Assembly (NCBI GenBank): GCA_019057815.1
Contig: JAHLWR010000015.1
Span: 25,248 to 89,247, forward strand
Reading direction: 5' to 3'
Source: Candidatus Heimdallarchaeota archaeon
GTDB lineage: Archaea > Asgardarchaeota > Heimdallarchaeia > Heimdallarchaeales > Heimdallarchaeaceae
DNA length: 64,000 nt
Shown piece by piece: positions 9,054 through 18,056 of this stretch (positions are counted from its first letter, which is position 1; the number at the start of each line of letters is the position of its first letter). Under the pieces are notes generated by a model that did no database searches, had not been told where the DNA came from, and saw nothing but the letters and a program-made list of their open reading frames with translations. The position numbers were made by a program, and so were the translations under genes.

Positions 9054-11212
9054 TTAGAGTCAGTTTTAGCTAATGATTCTAATCCTTGACTTTGCGAGAG
9101 CCATTTTTCTATTTCATCCCCCTTTTGTCTCTTTCCTAGGAAATAGTTTATGAATTGTATTAGTTTCAACATTCGGTAAATTTTTTCTCTAAAATCTTCG
9201 ATAAAGCTGTCACTTAAATTGTATTTTTTACACAAATCTCTAATATGTTTTCCTTTAGATACTTCTTGAGCCAATCTGATTGTTTTCAGCGTATTAAGCT
9301 CATTTGATTTGATACTCTGTCTAATACTATGATCTTTTCTGACAAAAAGCCGTAAATATGTGGATATTGTTCGATTTTGAGCCGTGCTACAGAATTCCAG
9401 GTAGTCTAAGAAATTGTAGGGGTGGACAAAAAATGATGCAGCTAATTTTCCTATTGTTGTAGGGTTCAGTCTTCCTCCCGATGATCGTACCACAAATCCT
9501 TCCTTTATCAAGAAGTCGATAATTCCGTAATTATTTAGCCATCTTTCTTGAGTTGATGGATATTCTTTTAGCAGAAATCTTTGATGTTTACATAGAAAAT
9601 TTGAATGCTTATTTTGACACGTGCAACTTCTTCTAGACGGGGATAAATACAGTTGGAAGAGTTTGGATTGTTCTCTTATATTTGCCACAATTATACCTTT
9701 ATCTATTCCTTCAATTGAAGTAATTGTCATTTTTTTCTCTTTTTCATTCCTTGCTTTGTCATATCTTTTGTAAAAATCCATAATTTCTTTGGTTTCCAAT
9801 ATCGATTCAGCTGAAGAGAAAAACGCATTAAATATCTCGTAATCAGCTGAATGACGCATTAGAAGAGATTTATTTTTGTAAAACCAGAAGGAATCTTCTA
9901 TGTTTTCCACTAAATGTTCTATTTTGCTTGAATAAGGATCTTTTGAATAGACTATATTTTCAAGATATAACTTAACTAAATAATCATAATTTCCTAATTG
10001 GCTGTTTAAAGAGTTATAAATAGGTTTATTCTTACCTTTTTTATCTATCTTGAAGAGTTTTTTTTCTGTTCTATCCTTGAAATTTTTTCCTGAAACTAGC
10101 ACAACTCCTTGACCTTTATCCGAATAACCGAGTCTACCTGCTCTACCGAGAGTTTGGAAAACTAAGTTATTTTCAATTTTCATTCTGTTATTTTGAACAA
10201 TAAAGATAGCTGTTTCAGCAGGTAAATTCACTCCAGCCGCAAGAGTAGAAGTTGATACAAGGATGTCTAACTCACCACTTTTGTACATTTCTTCTACAAG
10301 TAATCTAACTATGTCGCTTAGTCCTGCGTGATGATAACCTACACGTTTCTTTACTATTTCTTTCAATTTATCTGGGAAGTATGTGTTCCTTACAAGTTCT
10401 TTCAGCTTTTTATCATCATTAGCTGAAAATAATTCCTTAAAGGTCTCTGTTATATCTATGTTAGCATTTTTTTCTCTGGGATTAGCTATTTTTAAGGCAA
10501 GTTCTTCAGTTTTTGATCTTGAATTACAAAAAACAATTAGAGGTTTAGATTTCTTTTGATTTTCTTGTATATAATCAATGAAGTTTCTTGATGATTCTAT
10601 AGCATATTCTAATGGAACTGGTCTGTTTTTTTCTAGTATTGGATAAACATTTAACCAATCTGCGATTTCTATTGGGTTAGCTATTGATGAAGAAAGCAAG
10701 ATTAATTGAGTCTTATTATCGTGTCTTTTAATTTCTAGCAATATTTCTTCAATTACTCCTCCTCTTTGTGTGCCAAGGAAGTGAAATTCGTCTATAACGA
10801 GTATTTTAAGGTATTTCAGTAGAATTGAATATTTTTTTATCAAAGTCAGAATTTTTTCGTATGTTCCTACTATTATGTTACTCTCTGCTATCTCTTCTTC
10901 TTTGATTTTCACTCCTCCAACAGCTAAGAGAATCTTAATTCCTGTTTGGTTCATTAGATCTGAAAAACGACTATATTCTTCTACTGCTATTGATTTATAA
11001 GGTAATGCCACACATATTTTGATTCTTCTGGGAGCTCTTAGGAATTTGCCGTAATTTGACTGAAAATATTCATAGATATATTTCTCTGTTATGAAAGTTT
11101 TTCCTGAAGAACTTGGTGCTATTAGAATACTATCATAACCATCACTAAATATGTCAAAACACTTCTTCTGGAAATCTGTTATTTGCATTGTTTGATGGTG
11201 CTTAACGCCCAT
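9050..11212 (-). CDS. Ski2/Hel308-like DExH helicase with inserted SWIM zinc finger
   Basis: APSSSGKT, IDEFH, RPVPL, HHAGL, STSTLAAGVNLP, QTLGRAGR; SWIM-like SCTC-x8-CKH; PTTIGK. Confidence 0.9.
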   Translation of the reverse strand: MGVKHHQTMQITDFQKKCFDIFSDGYDSILIAPSSSGKTFITEKYIYEYFQSNYGKFLRAPRRIKICVALPYKSIAVEEYSRFSDLMNQTGIKILLAVGGVKIKEEEIAESNIIVGTYEKILTLIKKYSILLKYLKILVIDEFHFLGTQRGGVIEEILLEIKRHDNKTQLILLSSSIANPIEIADWLNVYPILEKNRPVPLEYAIESSRNFIDYIQENQKKSKPLIVFCNSRSKTEELALKIANPREKNANIDITETFKELFSANDDKKLKELVRNTYFPDKLKEIVKKRVGYHHAGLSDIVRLLVEEMYKSGELDILVSTSTLAAGVNLPAETAIFIVQNNRMKIENNLVFQTLGRAGRLGYSDKGQGVVLVSGKNFKDRTEKKLFKIDKKGKNKPIYNSLNSQLGNYDYLVKLYLENIVYSKDPYSSKIEHLVENIEDSFWFYKNKSLLMRHSADYEIFNAFFSSAESILETKEIMDFYKRYDKARNEKEKKMTITSIEGIDKGIIVANIREQSKLFQLYLSPSRRSCTCQNKHSNFLCKHQRFLLKEYPSTQERWLNNYGIIDFLIKEGFVVRSSGGRLNPTTIGKLAASFFVHPYNFLDYLEFCSTAQNRTISTYLRLFVRKDHSIRQSIKSNELNTLKTIRLAQEVSKGKHIRDLCKKYNLSDSFIEDFREKIYRMLKLIQFINYFLGKRQKGDEIEKWLSQSQGLESLAKTDSN

Positions 11213-11213
11213 T

Positions 11214-14200
11214 TTACATCTTTTCCCTAATGCTGGTAATAAGTTGTTTTACAAAGCTGTTTCGCTCACCTTCTTCTAAGTCAAAGTCAAAGGATTTATT
11301 CTCTTGTTGAATACTTTCGATTATTCTTCTCCGTGCTTCGATCAACTTCTTAGATGATAATGATTCGTTCTTAGTTAAGATTGAATATTCCCATAACAGC
11401 TGAAATGTCTTTTCAAAAGGTTCAGGAACTGTTGCTTGTTGAAAGAAAGAGTTTACATTTTCTAGATAATCTTCAGCTTCCATATTGGGATAAAATTTCG
11501 TTTTAATTTGTAGAAGTGAAGCTATACCTTGTTTAATAATAGCTATAAACTCTTCTTTAGGGAGATTTTGGGATTTCTCTAAAGCATGTATAACTTCATC
11601 GGGATATTCTGATTTAATCATTTTCAATACTTTTGAGCTTTCTTTTCCTAAAGACGAAAGCTCTGGAATCTCGTGCATGAAAACTTCTTTATCAAATTCT
11701 TGCCATTTTTCAGTTTTTAATTCATTATCTATCATACGTTCTATGAACTCTTCATCTTCAGTTCTATTGTTATCACCAAAAGTCACTCGAAGTTGAATAG
11801 CATCGATTTGAGAGAGAGATTTCTGGAAAATTCTTTCTAGAACCTTTTTTGGGATGTTTTCTAGCGCTTTTTCGTCATCCAAAATGTCTTTAAGCGATAT
11901 CAAGAATTTTTCTAGTGTATGACTCTCTTCTACGAATTCAACATCTAACATACTGGGTATTTTTGTTAGTAAAGAGTAAAGAACATCAAGTTTTGATTTT
12001 GCCTCATCAGTTGAATCTCTAACCTCTCTAACAAGTTTTCTGATTTTTTGTAATTCAGCAATTATGTTTTTATCATCTGTTTTTTCTTCATCTTGAATAA
12101 TGATGCTTGGTGATTCTATAAATTCTTCTAGTTCTTTCTTCTCTTCTAGTTCTTTCTTCTCTTCTAGTTCTGTCTCCTGTTGCTGTATTTCGCTCTTTTC
12201 TTCTAGACTACTTTGCTTTTCCTTCTCTATTATCCCTTTTACTTTCAGTTTTTCTAAGAATTTCTTACCTCTTGGAGTGATCTTCGTCCAATATTCTCCT
12301 CGTTTACCCTTCTTATCCACTGTCTCTTGGAAGATGTAACCAAAAGTTTCTAGAAGAGTTATAGTTTCTTTGACATTTTCTTCTGACCACTTGGAGAAGA
12401 GTTTTGGAAGAGATTCTGTGTTAATGCCTCTATGTGCTTTCGAAGAAAGTTTGATTAAGATTACTTCCATTATCGGGTGAAAACTTGTGAAATCTTCAAT
12501 ATCAACGGAAATTTTCTCTTTTTGTTTAACTGTTTCTACATCCCTTTCTGCTGATTTTCTAGCTATGGGTTCCATTTCATGTCTTTGAATTTCTTCGGGG
12601 AAGAATCTGAGTAAAATGGGTTTCTCCAATAGCTCTTCCCTTACAATTAGAAATGAGTTCCTCGGTAAGCGACGGATATATTCCGTTTGATTTTTTTTCA
12701 GCCCATGAGTCTCAGAAACTAATCTTAGACACTTTGCTGATTTCAAATTACCTATTACTCTATTTTGGTTCAGATCATAGATACTGTTAGCCAAATGAGA
12801 TGGATAAGCTGTTGAAAATATCAGTTTAAAGGGACTATTTTCAAGTTTTTTCAGTATATGTGCAATAATGGTTCTTTCTACGTCTCTGCTGAAAAATAAT
12901 TCTGCATCATCAATGTAGATAATTACATCTTCTTCTATATCCGCAATTTGAGCAAAAGTTGTTAGTTGCAGAAGAAAAGAATAAAGAAATGCTTTCTGTA
13001 TTTTAAATCCCTGTTGACTAAAGTCTATTATTTTATTAGTGGTAAATAACTCCTGAAATTCCCTTTTACCATCAATTTCTGTTAAGCTACTTATCGAATG
13101 ATCTCTTATCTCATTAACTAACGATCTTACAGCTGACAGCTGGTAATCAGTTATTACCAAACCACCAGGTTCTATAGTCAACATAGTATAAAGATCGTCT
13201 AAAGTTACAACAGATTCTGCTTGAGGATAGAGTATATCCTCTCTTTCTTCTTTGTATTCTTTAAGATAGAAGTCTACTAAATCCCTCAATAGCACTACAG
13301 TATCACTTCTAGCATCTGCAACAACTCTCAGTATATCTAGAAAATTACTTAGATATTGAGAAGCTAGCTGATCAGAAACGAATTGTTTCTCGAAATCAGG
13401 ATATAAGATGTTTAATCCAAAGTTTTTTCCAAGGGTTAAATTAGTAAAATCTGCTTTAATCCTTTGGTTAAACTCTAGATTTGACCTAGGATCGAGTATG
13501 ATAAACTTCTTATCTTGTTCTAACAAACGGCAAGTGATGATTTCTCTTGTTTTTTTATCTCCTGCAAGCAATAGAGGATATGAGAAATTAGCTGAAAATC
13601 CTAAATTCTTATCATTTTCAGTTAACCCTAGAATTATTCCATTGTCCGATTCAATTCCACTAGGAAACGTGAAAATGCCTTCAGGACGTATATCTACTGC
13701 TGAACCCGGCATAAACGTTTGATTGAATTCTTCACTTTTCTCTATTAAAGCATAATCTTTTGTTATGCTACTTATCCCCTTATTTCCTTCTAGTGTAGAA
13801 GAATCTTGATTGATTGTTCCATATGAGATAAACTCTTCCAGTGTGTCATCTAACAATCTTCCTATTTTACCTGTGTTCTCAAGTTTTGATTTGAGTTCAT
13901 TTCGTAAAAGCAAATTAAAATCTTCAACTATCTCATTTGTAGTTAAAAATATCTGAGACAAATCGTATTCCTTCCATGCTTTAATTATGTAGAACGAAAG
14001 AGTAACATCAATAGCTTGATTCTTCTCATTGACTACTTCATCAATTAAGGAGTTAGAATCCTTCTTTACTGGATTCTTTGAACCCTCTTTCTTTTTCACT
14101 CTTGCAGGTATAAACATCCGATGAAGAGTAACTTTCAGATTAGAAACCTCATTTAAGACAGATAGAAGAGGATTAGGTGTTTTCTCATTGTTATCTTGAA

Positions 14201-14369
14201 AGTTTCTTTTATTGTAATGATTATTATTGTAATGATTGGTATCTTCCTTATGTGGTTTAACGATGAAACCTGCATAAAGAGCAATTTTTCCTTCTTCTCT
14301 GATTAAAAATACTGACCTCTTAGGTCCAGCAAAGTTAACATAGTTTTTTCTATTTAACATCTTAAGCAT
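11214..14369 (-). CDS. HerA/VirB4/FtsK-superfamily ATPase-like protein with degenerate Walker motifs, winged-helix and helical C-terminus
   Basis: LLLAGDKKTR (P-loop position), FIILDPRS, IIYIDDAELFF, LIFSTAYPSHL, IRRLPRNSFLIV; wHTH-like LLETFGYI..KITPRGKKFL. Confidence 0.7.
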   Translation of the reverse strand: MLKMLNRKNYVNFAGPKRSVFLIREEGKIALYAGFIVKPHKEDTNHYNNNHYNKRNFQDNNEKTPNPLLSVLNEVSNLKVTLHRMFIPARVKKKEGSKNPVKKDSNSLIDEVVNEKNQAIDVTLSFYIIKAWKEYDLSQIFLTTNEIVEDFNLLLRNELKSKLENTGKIGRLLDDTLEEFISYGTINQDSSTLEGNKGISSITKDYALIEKSEEFNQTFMPGSAVDIRPEGIFTFPSGIESDNGIILGLTENDKNLGFSANFSYPLLLAGDKKTREIITCRLLEQDKKFIILDPRSNLEFNQRIKADFTNLTLGKNFGLNILYPDFEKQFVSDQLASQYLSNFLDILRVVADARSDTVVLLRDLVDFYLKEYKEEREDILYPQAESVVTLDDLYTMLTIEPGGLVITDYQLSAVRSLVNEIRDHSISSLTEIDGKREFQELFTTNKIIDFSQQGFKIQKAFLYSFLLQLTTFAQIADIEEDVIIYIDDAELFFSRDVERTIIAHILKKLENSPFKLIFSTAYPSHLANSIYDLNQNRVIGNLKSAKCLRLVSETHGLKKNQTEYIRRLPRNSFLIVREELLEKPILLRFFPEEIQRHEMEPIARKSAERDVETVKQKEKISVDIEDFTSFHPIMEVILIKLSSKAHRGINTESLPKLFSKWSEENVKETITLLETFGYIFQETVDKKGKRGEYWTKITPRGKKFLEKLKVKGIIEKEKQSSLEEKSEIQQQETELEEKKELEEKKELEEFIESPSIIIQDEEKTDDKNIIAELQKIRKLVREVRDSTDEAKSKLDVLYSLLTKIPSMLDVEFVEESHTLEKFLISLKDILDDEKALENIPKKVLERIFQKSLSQIDAIQLRVTFGDNNRTEDEEFIERMIDNELKTEKWQEFDKEVFMHEIPELSSLGKESSKVLKMIKSEYPDEVIHALEKSQNLPKEEFIAIIKQGIASLLQIKTKFYPNMEAEDYLENVNSFFQQATVPEPFEKTFQLLWEYSILTKNESLSSKKLIEARRRIIESIQQENKSFDFDLEEGERNSFVKQLITSIREKM
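12124..12171. repeat. 18-bp tandem repeat (ELEEKK) x2.7 within the ATPase-like gene
   Basis: TCTTCTAGTTCTTTCTTC repeated. Confidence 0.9.
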
Positions 14370-14823
14370 TTTTCATCATCTTTCTATTTTTTTTTAGAAT
14401 ACGAGATATCACAAAAGCTTTAATTGCTGGGGAAATATCTCTGAATTTTGCTTCTAGAGTCTCGTCTAAACGTTCTTGCGATCTTCTTTCCAATATCCCT
14501 ATACCCTCGCTTTTACTCCACTCTTTTTGCTCTTCACGATAAGAAGAATCGTCAAAAGGGCATAAAACATAAAGACGATTGCAAAAAGGGAGATAGATCT
14601 GAGGGTGATGCAACCACAGACCATTTTCAGCTTCAACAAAGATTATTTCATCTGTAAAAGGGTCATAAGCCGCTAAATCTATTCTTATGTACTCTCTTCC
14701 TTCAAGATAATCGTCATAATATATCTGATGAATAATAGGTACGTGTAATTCCTTTACAACTATTTTGTTTTCCTTAGACATGATTTCTGCTAACTGATTA
14801 ACAAGAACAGATTCCGTAGCCAT
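14362..14823 (-). CDS. PD-(D/E)xK nuclease-fold protein, MmcB-like
   Basis: RIDLAAY..IIFVEAE..YLPFCNRLYVL..GIGIL. Confidence 0.65.
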   Translation of the reverse strand: MATESVLVNQLAEIMSKENKIVVKELHVPIIHQIYYDDYLEGREYIRIDLAAYDPFTDEIIFVEAENGLWLHHPQIYLPFCNRLYVLCPFDDSSYREEQKEWSKSEGIGILERRSQERLDETLEAKFRDISPAIKAFVISRILKKNRKMMKNA

Positions 14824-14894
14824 GAGTCTTCAACAATATATCTTTGAAATCATTAATAAACTGGCAGAATACTTCAATGCATTTTTCACCAAAA

Positions 14895-15950
14895 TTAATG
14901 ATAATAAAAATTCAAGCAGACGTTTCTAATACCTGAATCATCGATAAAATAGTCTATATTTTCATCGTGAATCTGCAGAACTAGCTTTTCTGATTCTTTC
15001 TTTGCATGAATTGTAACATCACTGAAAGATTCTATTAAATCAGCTGCAGGAGCGGTATTTTGATAGGAATAACCATTAATTAGTATAATTTTACAGTTTT
15101 TGTTATCAGCTAATAAACATAACTTCTCAATAATTTCTCTAATTTTGTTCTTGATTTCTTCCTTATTTAAGTCCCCTCTGAAATAATCTGTAATGTGATC
15201 AATAACTATTAATTTAACATCTTCACTATAGATACTTTCGATTTTTACCAAGTTTTCAATAATTTCTGTGTGATTCTCTACAACTAAAGGGTAAAAATTA
15301 TGTTTGAAATCTCTTATTTCAGACCATCTTCTAGAATTTAACATCTGCTTGATTCTATTCATTGTTGATGTTGAATGACTTGTCATAATATAATATGTTT
15401 TTAACGGGGAGATTTCAACAGCTGCTTGAAGCGCTAGAGATGTCTTTCCTGAACTCGGTGGTCCATAAAGGTGAATAATTTTTGTAGAAGCGGAGATGTC
15501 AATAAACTCATAATCTTCTTCTAGTTCATTTTCCTCTTTAACCATTGGGAGTTTTTCAAATCGCTTAACTTCTTGAGATGTTCCTGTTTTTCTATGAGGA
15601 GTAAGTTCTCTTGCTTTTTCATCTTCTTTTTTGGTTTTTTGTATAGGTTTAGGTTTGAATGTAGTGTTTTCTATTTCTGGAATAGGTTTAGATTTATTAC
15701 TTTCTTCCTCAATAATTTTTTCATCCAAAGAAATTTTAGTGTAAATACTCTTAGTTTGAATTGTTGGATCAATACAAGTAAGAGGAGAAGGAAAGTAGAC
15801 ACTCGGGTGAGGAAGTATCCTTGGAATTTCATTTAGTTTTCTTGCATCTTCATTCTTAAGATCTAAGGAGTTACTGAGTTTAGAGATAGCAGATTCTACG
15901 TTCTCTATTAGTTGGTCTACAACATCGTTTAACTCAGAATCACTTCCCAA
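14895..15950 (-). CDS. RadB/Rad51-paralog-like ATPase with long low-complexity N-terminus
   Basis: IIHLYGPPSSGKTSLALQ, LIVIDHITDYFRG, IILING, FSDVTI, YFIDDSGI. Confidence 0.85.
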   Translation of the reverse strand: MGSDSELNDVVDQLIENVESAISKLSNSLDLKNEDARKLNEIPRILPHPSVYFPSPLTCIDPTIQTKSIYTKISLDEKIIEEESNKSKPIPEIENTTFKPKPIQKTKKEDEKARELTPHRKTGTSQEVKRFEKLPMVKEENELEEDYEFIDISASTKIIHLYGPPSSGKTSLALQAAVEISPLKTYYIMTSHSTSTMNRIKQMLNSRRWSEIRDFKHNFYPLVVENHTEIIENLVKIESIYSEDVKLIVIDHITDYFRGDLNKEEIKNKIREIIEKLCLLADNKNCKIILINGYSYQNTAPAADLIESFSDVTIHAKKESEKLVLQIHDENIDYFIDDSGIRNVCLNFYYH

Positions 15951-16602
15951 AGGGATCGACCTCTAAAATATTCATGTCTTTCTTCTTCTTTTTGATAACC
16001 TGAACTCCTTCTGTTTCACTTCTGTGGTGGTAAATTGGTATTAACATCGTAATAATAAAAGCTACTTGAGCAAGGATTTCATTGTCAACATAATGATGAA
16101 TGAGGAGGTAGAGCGGTAAAGAAAACAGAACAATTTTTCCTAGCCATTTGAAAATGGATATGACAGAGACATGGAGCAGTTGCTCAGTTTCTTGAATATC
16201 AGGAGCGCTCATCAGAATGATAGAGAAACCAAGTACGTAGAATATTATTGCTATCCATAGAAGGTCTTTCTCCATAAATTGTTGAGCGAAATATAGCAGA
16301 AAAGCACCTATATAGGACAAGAGAAGCAAAGGTCCTGTGATATTGGCTGTGATTCTGCAGTCAAAATCTTTCACTTCTTCTGTCTCAAAAATAGATTTTT
16401 CGAAATCTGTTTCTAGAACTTTGACACCATATAGAAAGTAAAAGAACCTCTTAATTGGAAACCTAACAAGATTACCTAGAAATCTTATCATATCCATTAT
16501 CTTTCCAGGTAAAAACGAGATTAACCATCGTAAAGCTAGAGAAACAAACCAGAATTTGATATAAAATTCAATGATCTCTAAAAAGAACAGCACTTCAAAC
16601 AT
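15940..16602 (-). CDS. Polytopic membrane protein, possibly an M50-like protease fold lacking HExxH
   Basis: About 5-6 hydrophobic segments; LYGVKV, ITGPLLL and APD motifs; overlaps the next gene. Confidence 0.55.
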   Translation of the reverse strand: MFEVLFFLEIIEFYIKFWFVSLALRWLISFLPGKIMDMIRFLGNLVRFPIKRFFYFLYGVKVLETDFEKSIFETEEVKDFDCRITANITGPLLLLSYIGAFLLYFAQQFMEKDLLWIAIIFYVLGFSIILMSAPDIQETEQLLHVSVISIFKWLGKIVLFSLPLYLLIHHYVDNEILAQVAFIITMLIPIYHHRSETEGVQVIKKKKKDMNILEVDPFGK

Positions 16603-18009
16603 TTAAGTACCTCCCTCAACAAGAATATCCATTTTTGTATTTGATGGAGCTTTAGGGATAGAGGATAGCTTTTCTGTGCTATTATCGTCATTATTGGAAC
16701 TTGAATCAGTGTTACCATTTTTAGATTTTTGGACTAGAAAGCTGCTCAACTGTTCTTTAACTTCAGTTGGAATTAGGATGCTTGTATATTCATTAGCAAG
16801 TTTAGTAATGTAAATCTCAACTTCACTTGAAGAAGGTAACTCTATCTTGTGAAATTGATCTATTTTGTTCAAATATGAATATGATGGGTAAAAGAATGGT
16901 ATTTGTTCTTTATGACAGAACAATGAGACTGTACTAAGAAATTTCTCTGTTGGTATTGAATATTTTTGTTCTAATTGGTTCTCAATAGACTTCTTATAGT
17001 AAGCTTTTGAAGTATTCAAAAAGCTATCAAATGAGAAATTTAACTCTTGTAGTAATAGTTCTTTAATTTTTTTCTTCGTGTTTTCTAATACACTATCTTC
17101 TTGCTTAACTTCTTCTAATTCTCTGACGATTTCCTCTCCCTTGGAGATAACCTTTTCATTCTTTTCTAATACATCATCATGTTCGGAAATTTCTGTTATA
17201 TCTTCCTTGGTACTTTTAGGAACTATTTTTTTCTCATGTAATAATAGATTATTATTGTTTAAATCGATAATTATACCAAAAGTTGGAAAGAGTTCTTTCA
17301 ACATTTCACTCTCTAAAATATCGAAATCAATCTTTGTCTCTCTCTTTAAATCCAGAATTAAATCGAATACTTCGTTGTAGAACAATTCATTAAACTTCTT
17401 TATTGTTCCAAAGACTTTCTTTGTCCTACATTTTATAATTGGTCCTTTAAGTAAGAATATTTCATATTGACTTGAATCTACTATACTCAAGTGAAATTTA
17501 AGACTAAGTTTTTGCTTTGTTATAGACGAGAGATTACCTAAATAGGATGATGTATCAGTTGAAATTGAGCTAACCTTAAGCGCAACTATAGGAATTAATG
17601 AAGCGTTATTTTTCTCTTTTTTAACTAAAACAACTCCTCCCCTGTTAACATGTTCATTCAATATTATAGAGTTTCTATTAATAGATCTTTCAATATCTTC
17701 CTCAACATCCTCATAAACCTCTATTTCTTCAGAATCCTTTGCTATAGACTTCTTAATGACTCTATTGAGTAATTCTACTGAAAGAAAAGAGAATACCATA
17801 GCAATGATGATAATAATCCACCTAGTATCAGGATTCCAGATAAAAAGGAGGATAAGAAATAATACTAGCCAAGAAAATGTAGCAGTAAGGATTTGAATAG
17901 ACCAAGGTAACTCTCCTTTGGTTCTAACATGCTTTTTTATCCTTTCGCTAAATAATGCACTTCTTTCTTTTAGCTTAGCTATTAATAAATATCTAGCCAT
18001 GTCTCTCAC
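16603..18009 (-). CDS. Membrane protein with 2 N-terminal TM helices and a large soluble region (probable start 18000)
   Basis: TM pair WLVLFLILLFIW / WIIIIIAMVFSFL; abuts the next gene with 0 nt gap. Confidence 0.7.
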   Translation of the reverse strand: MRDMARYLLIAKLKERSALFSERIKKHVRTKGELPWSIQILTATFSWLVLFLILLFIWNPDTRWIIIIIAMVFSFLSVELLNRVIKKSIAKDSEEIEVYEDVEEDIERSINRNSIILNEHVNRGGVVLVKKEKNNASLIPIVALKVSSISTDTSSYLGNLSSITKQKLSLKFHLSIVDSSQYEIFLLKGPIIKCRTKKVFGTIKKFNELFYNEVFDLILDLKRETKIDFDILESEMLKELFPTFGIIIDLNNNNLLLHEKKIVPKSTKEDITEISEHDDVLEKNEKVISKGEEIVRELEEVKQEDSVLENTKKKIKELLLQELNFSFDSFLNTSKAYYKKSIENQLEQKYSIPTEKFLSTVSLFCHKEQIPFFYPSYSYLNKIDQFHKIELPSSSEVEIYITKLANEYTSILIPTEVKEQLSSFLVQKSKNGNTDSSSNNDDNSTEKLSSIPKAPSNTKMDILVEGGT

Positions 18010-18056
18010 TAATCTAATTTAGTATTTGATATTTAAACTAAGTAAATTATCCAAGC

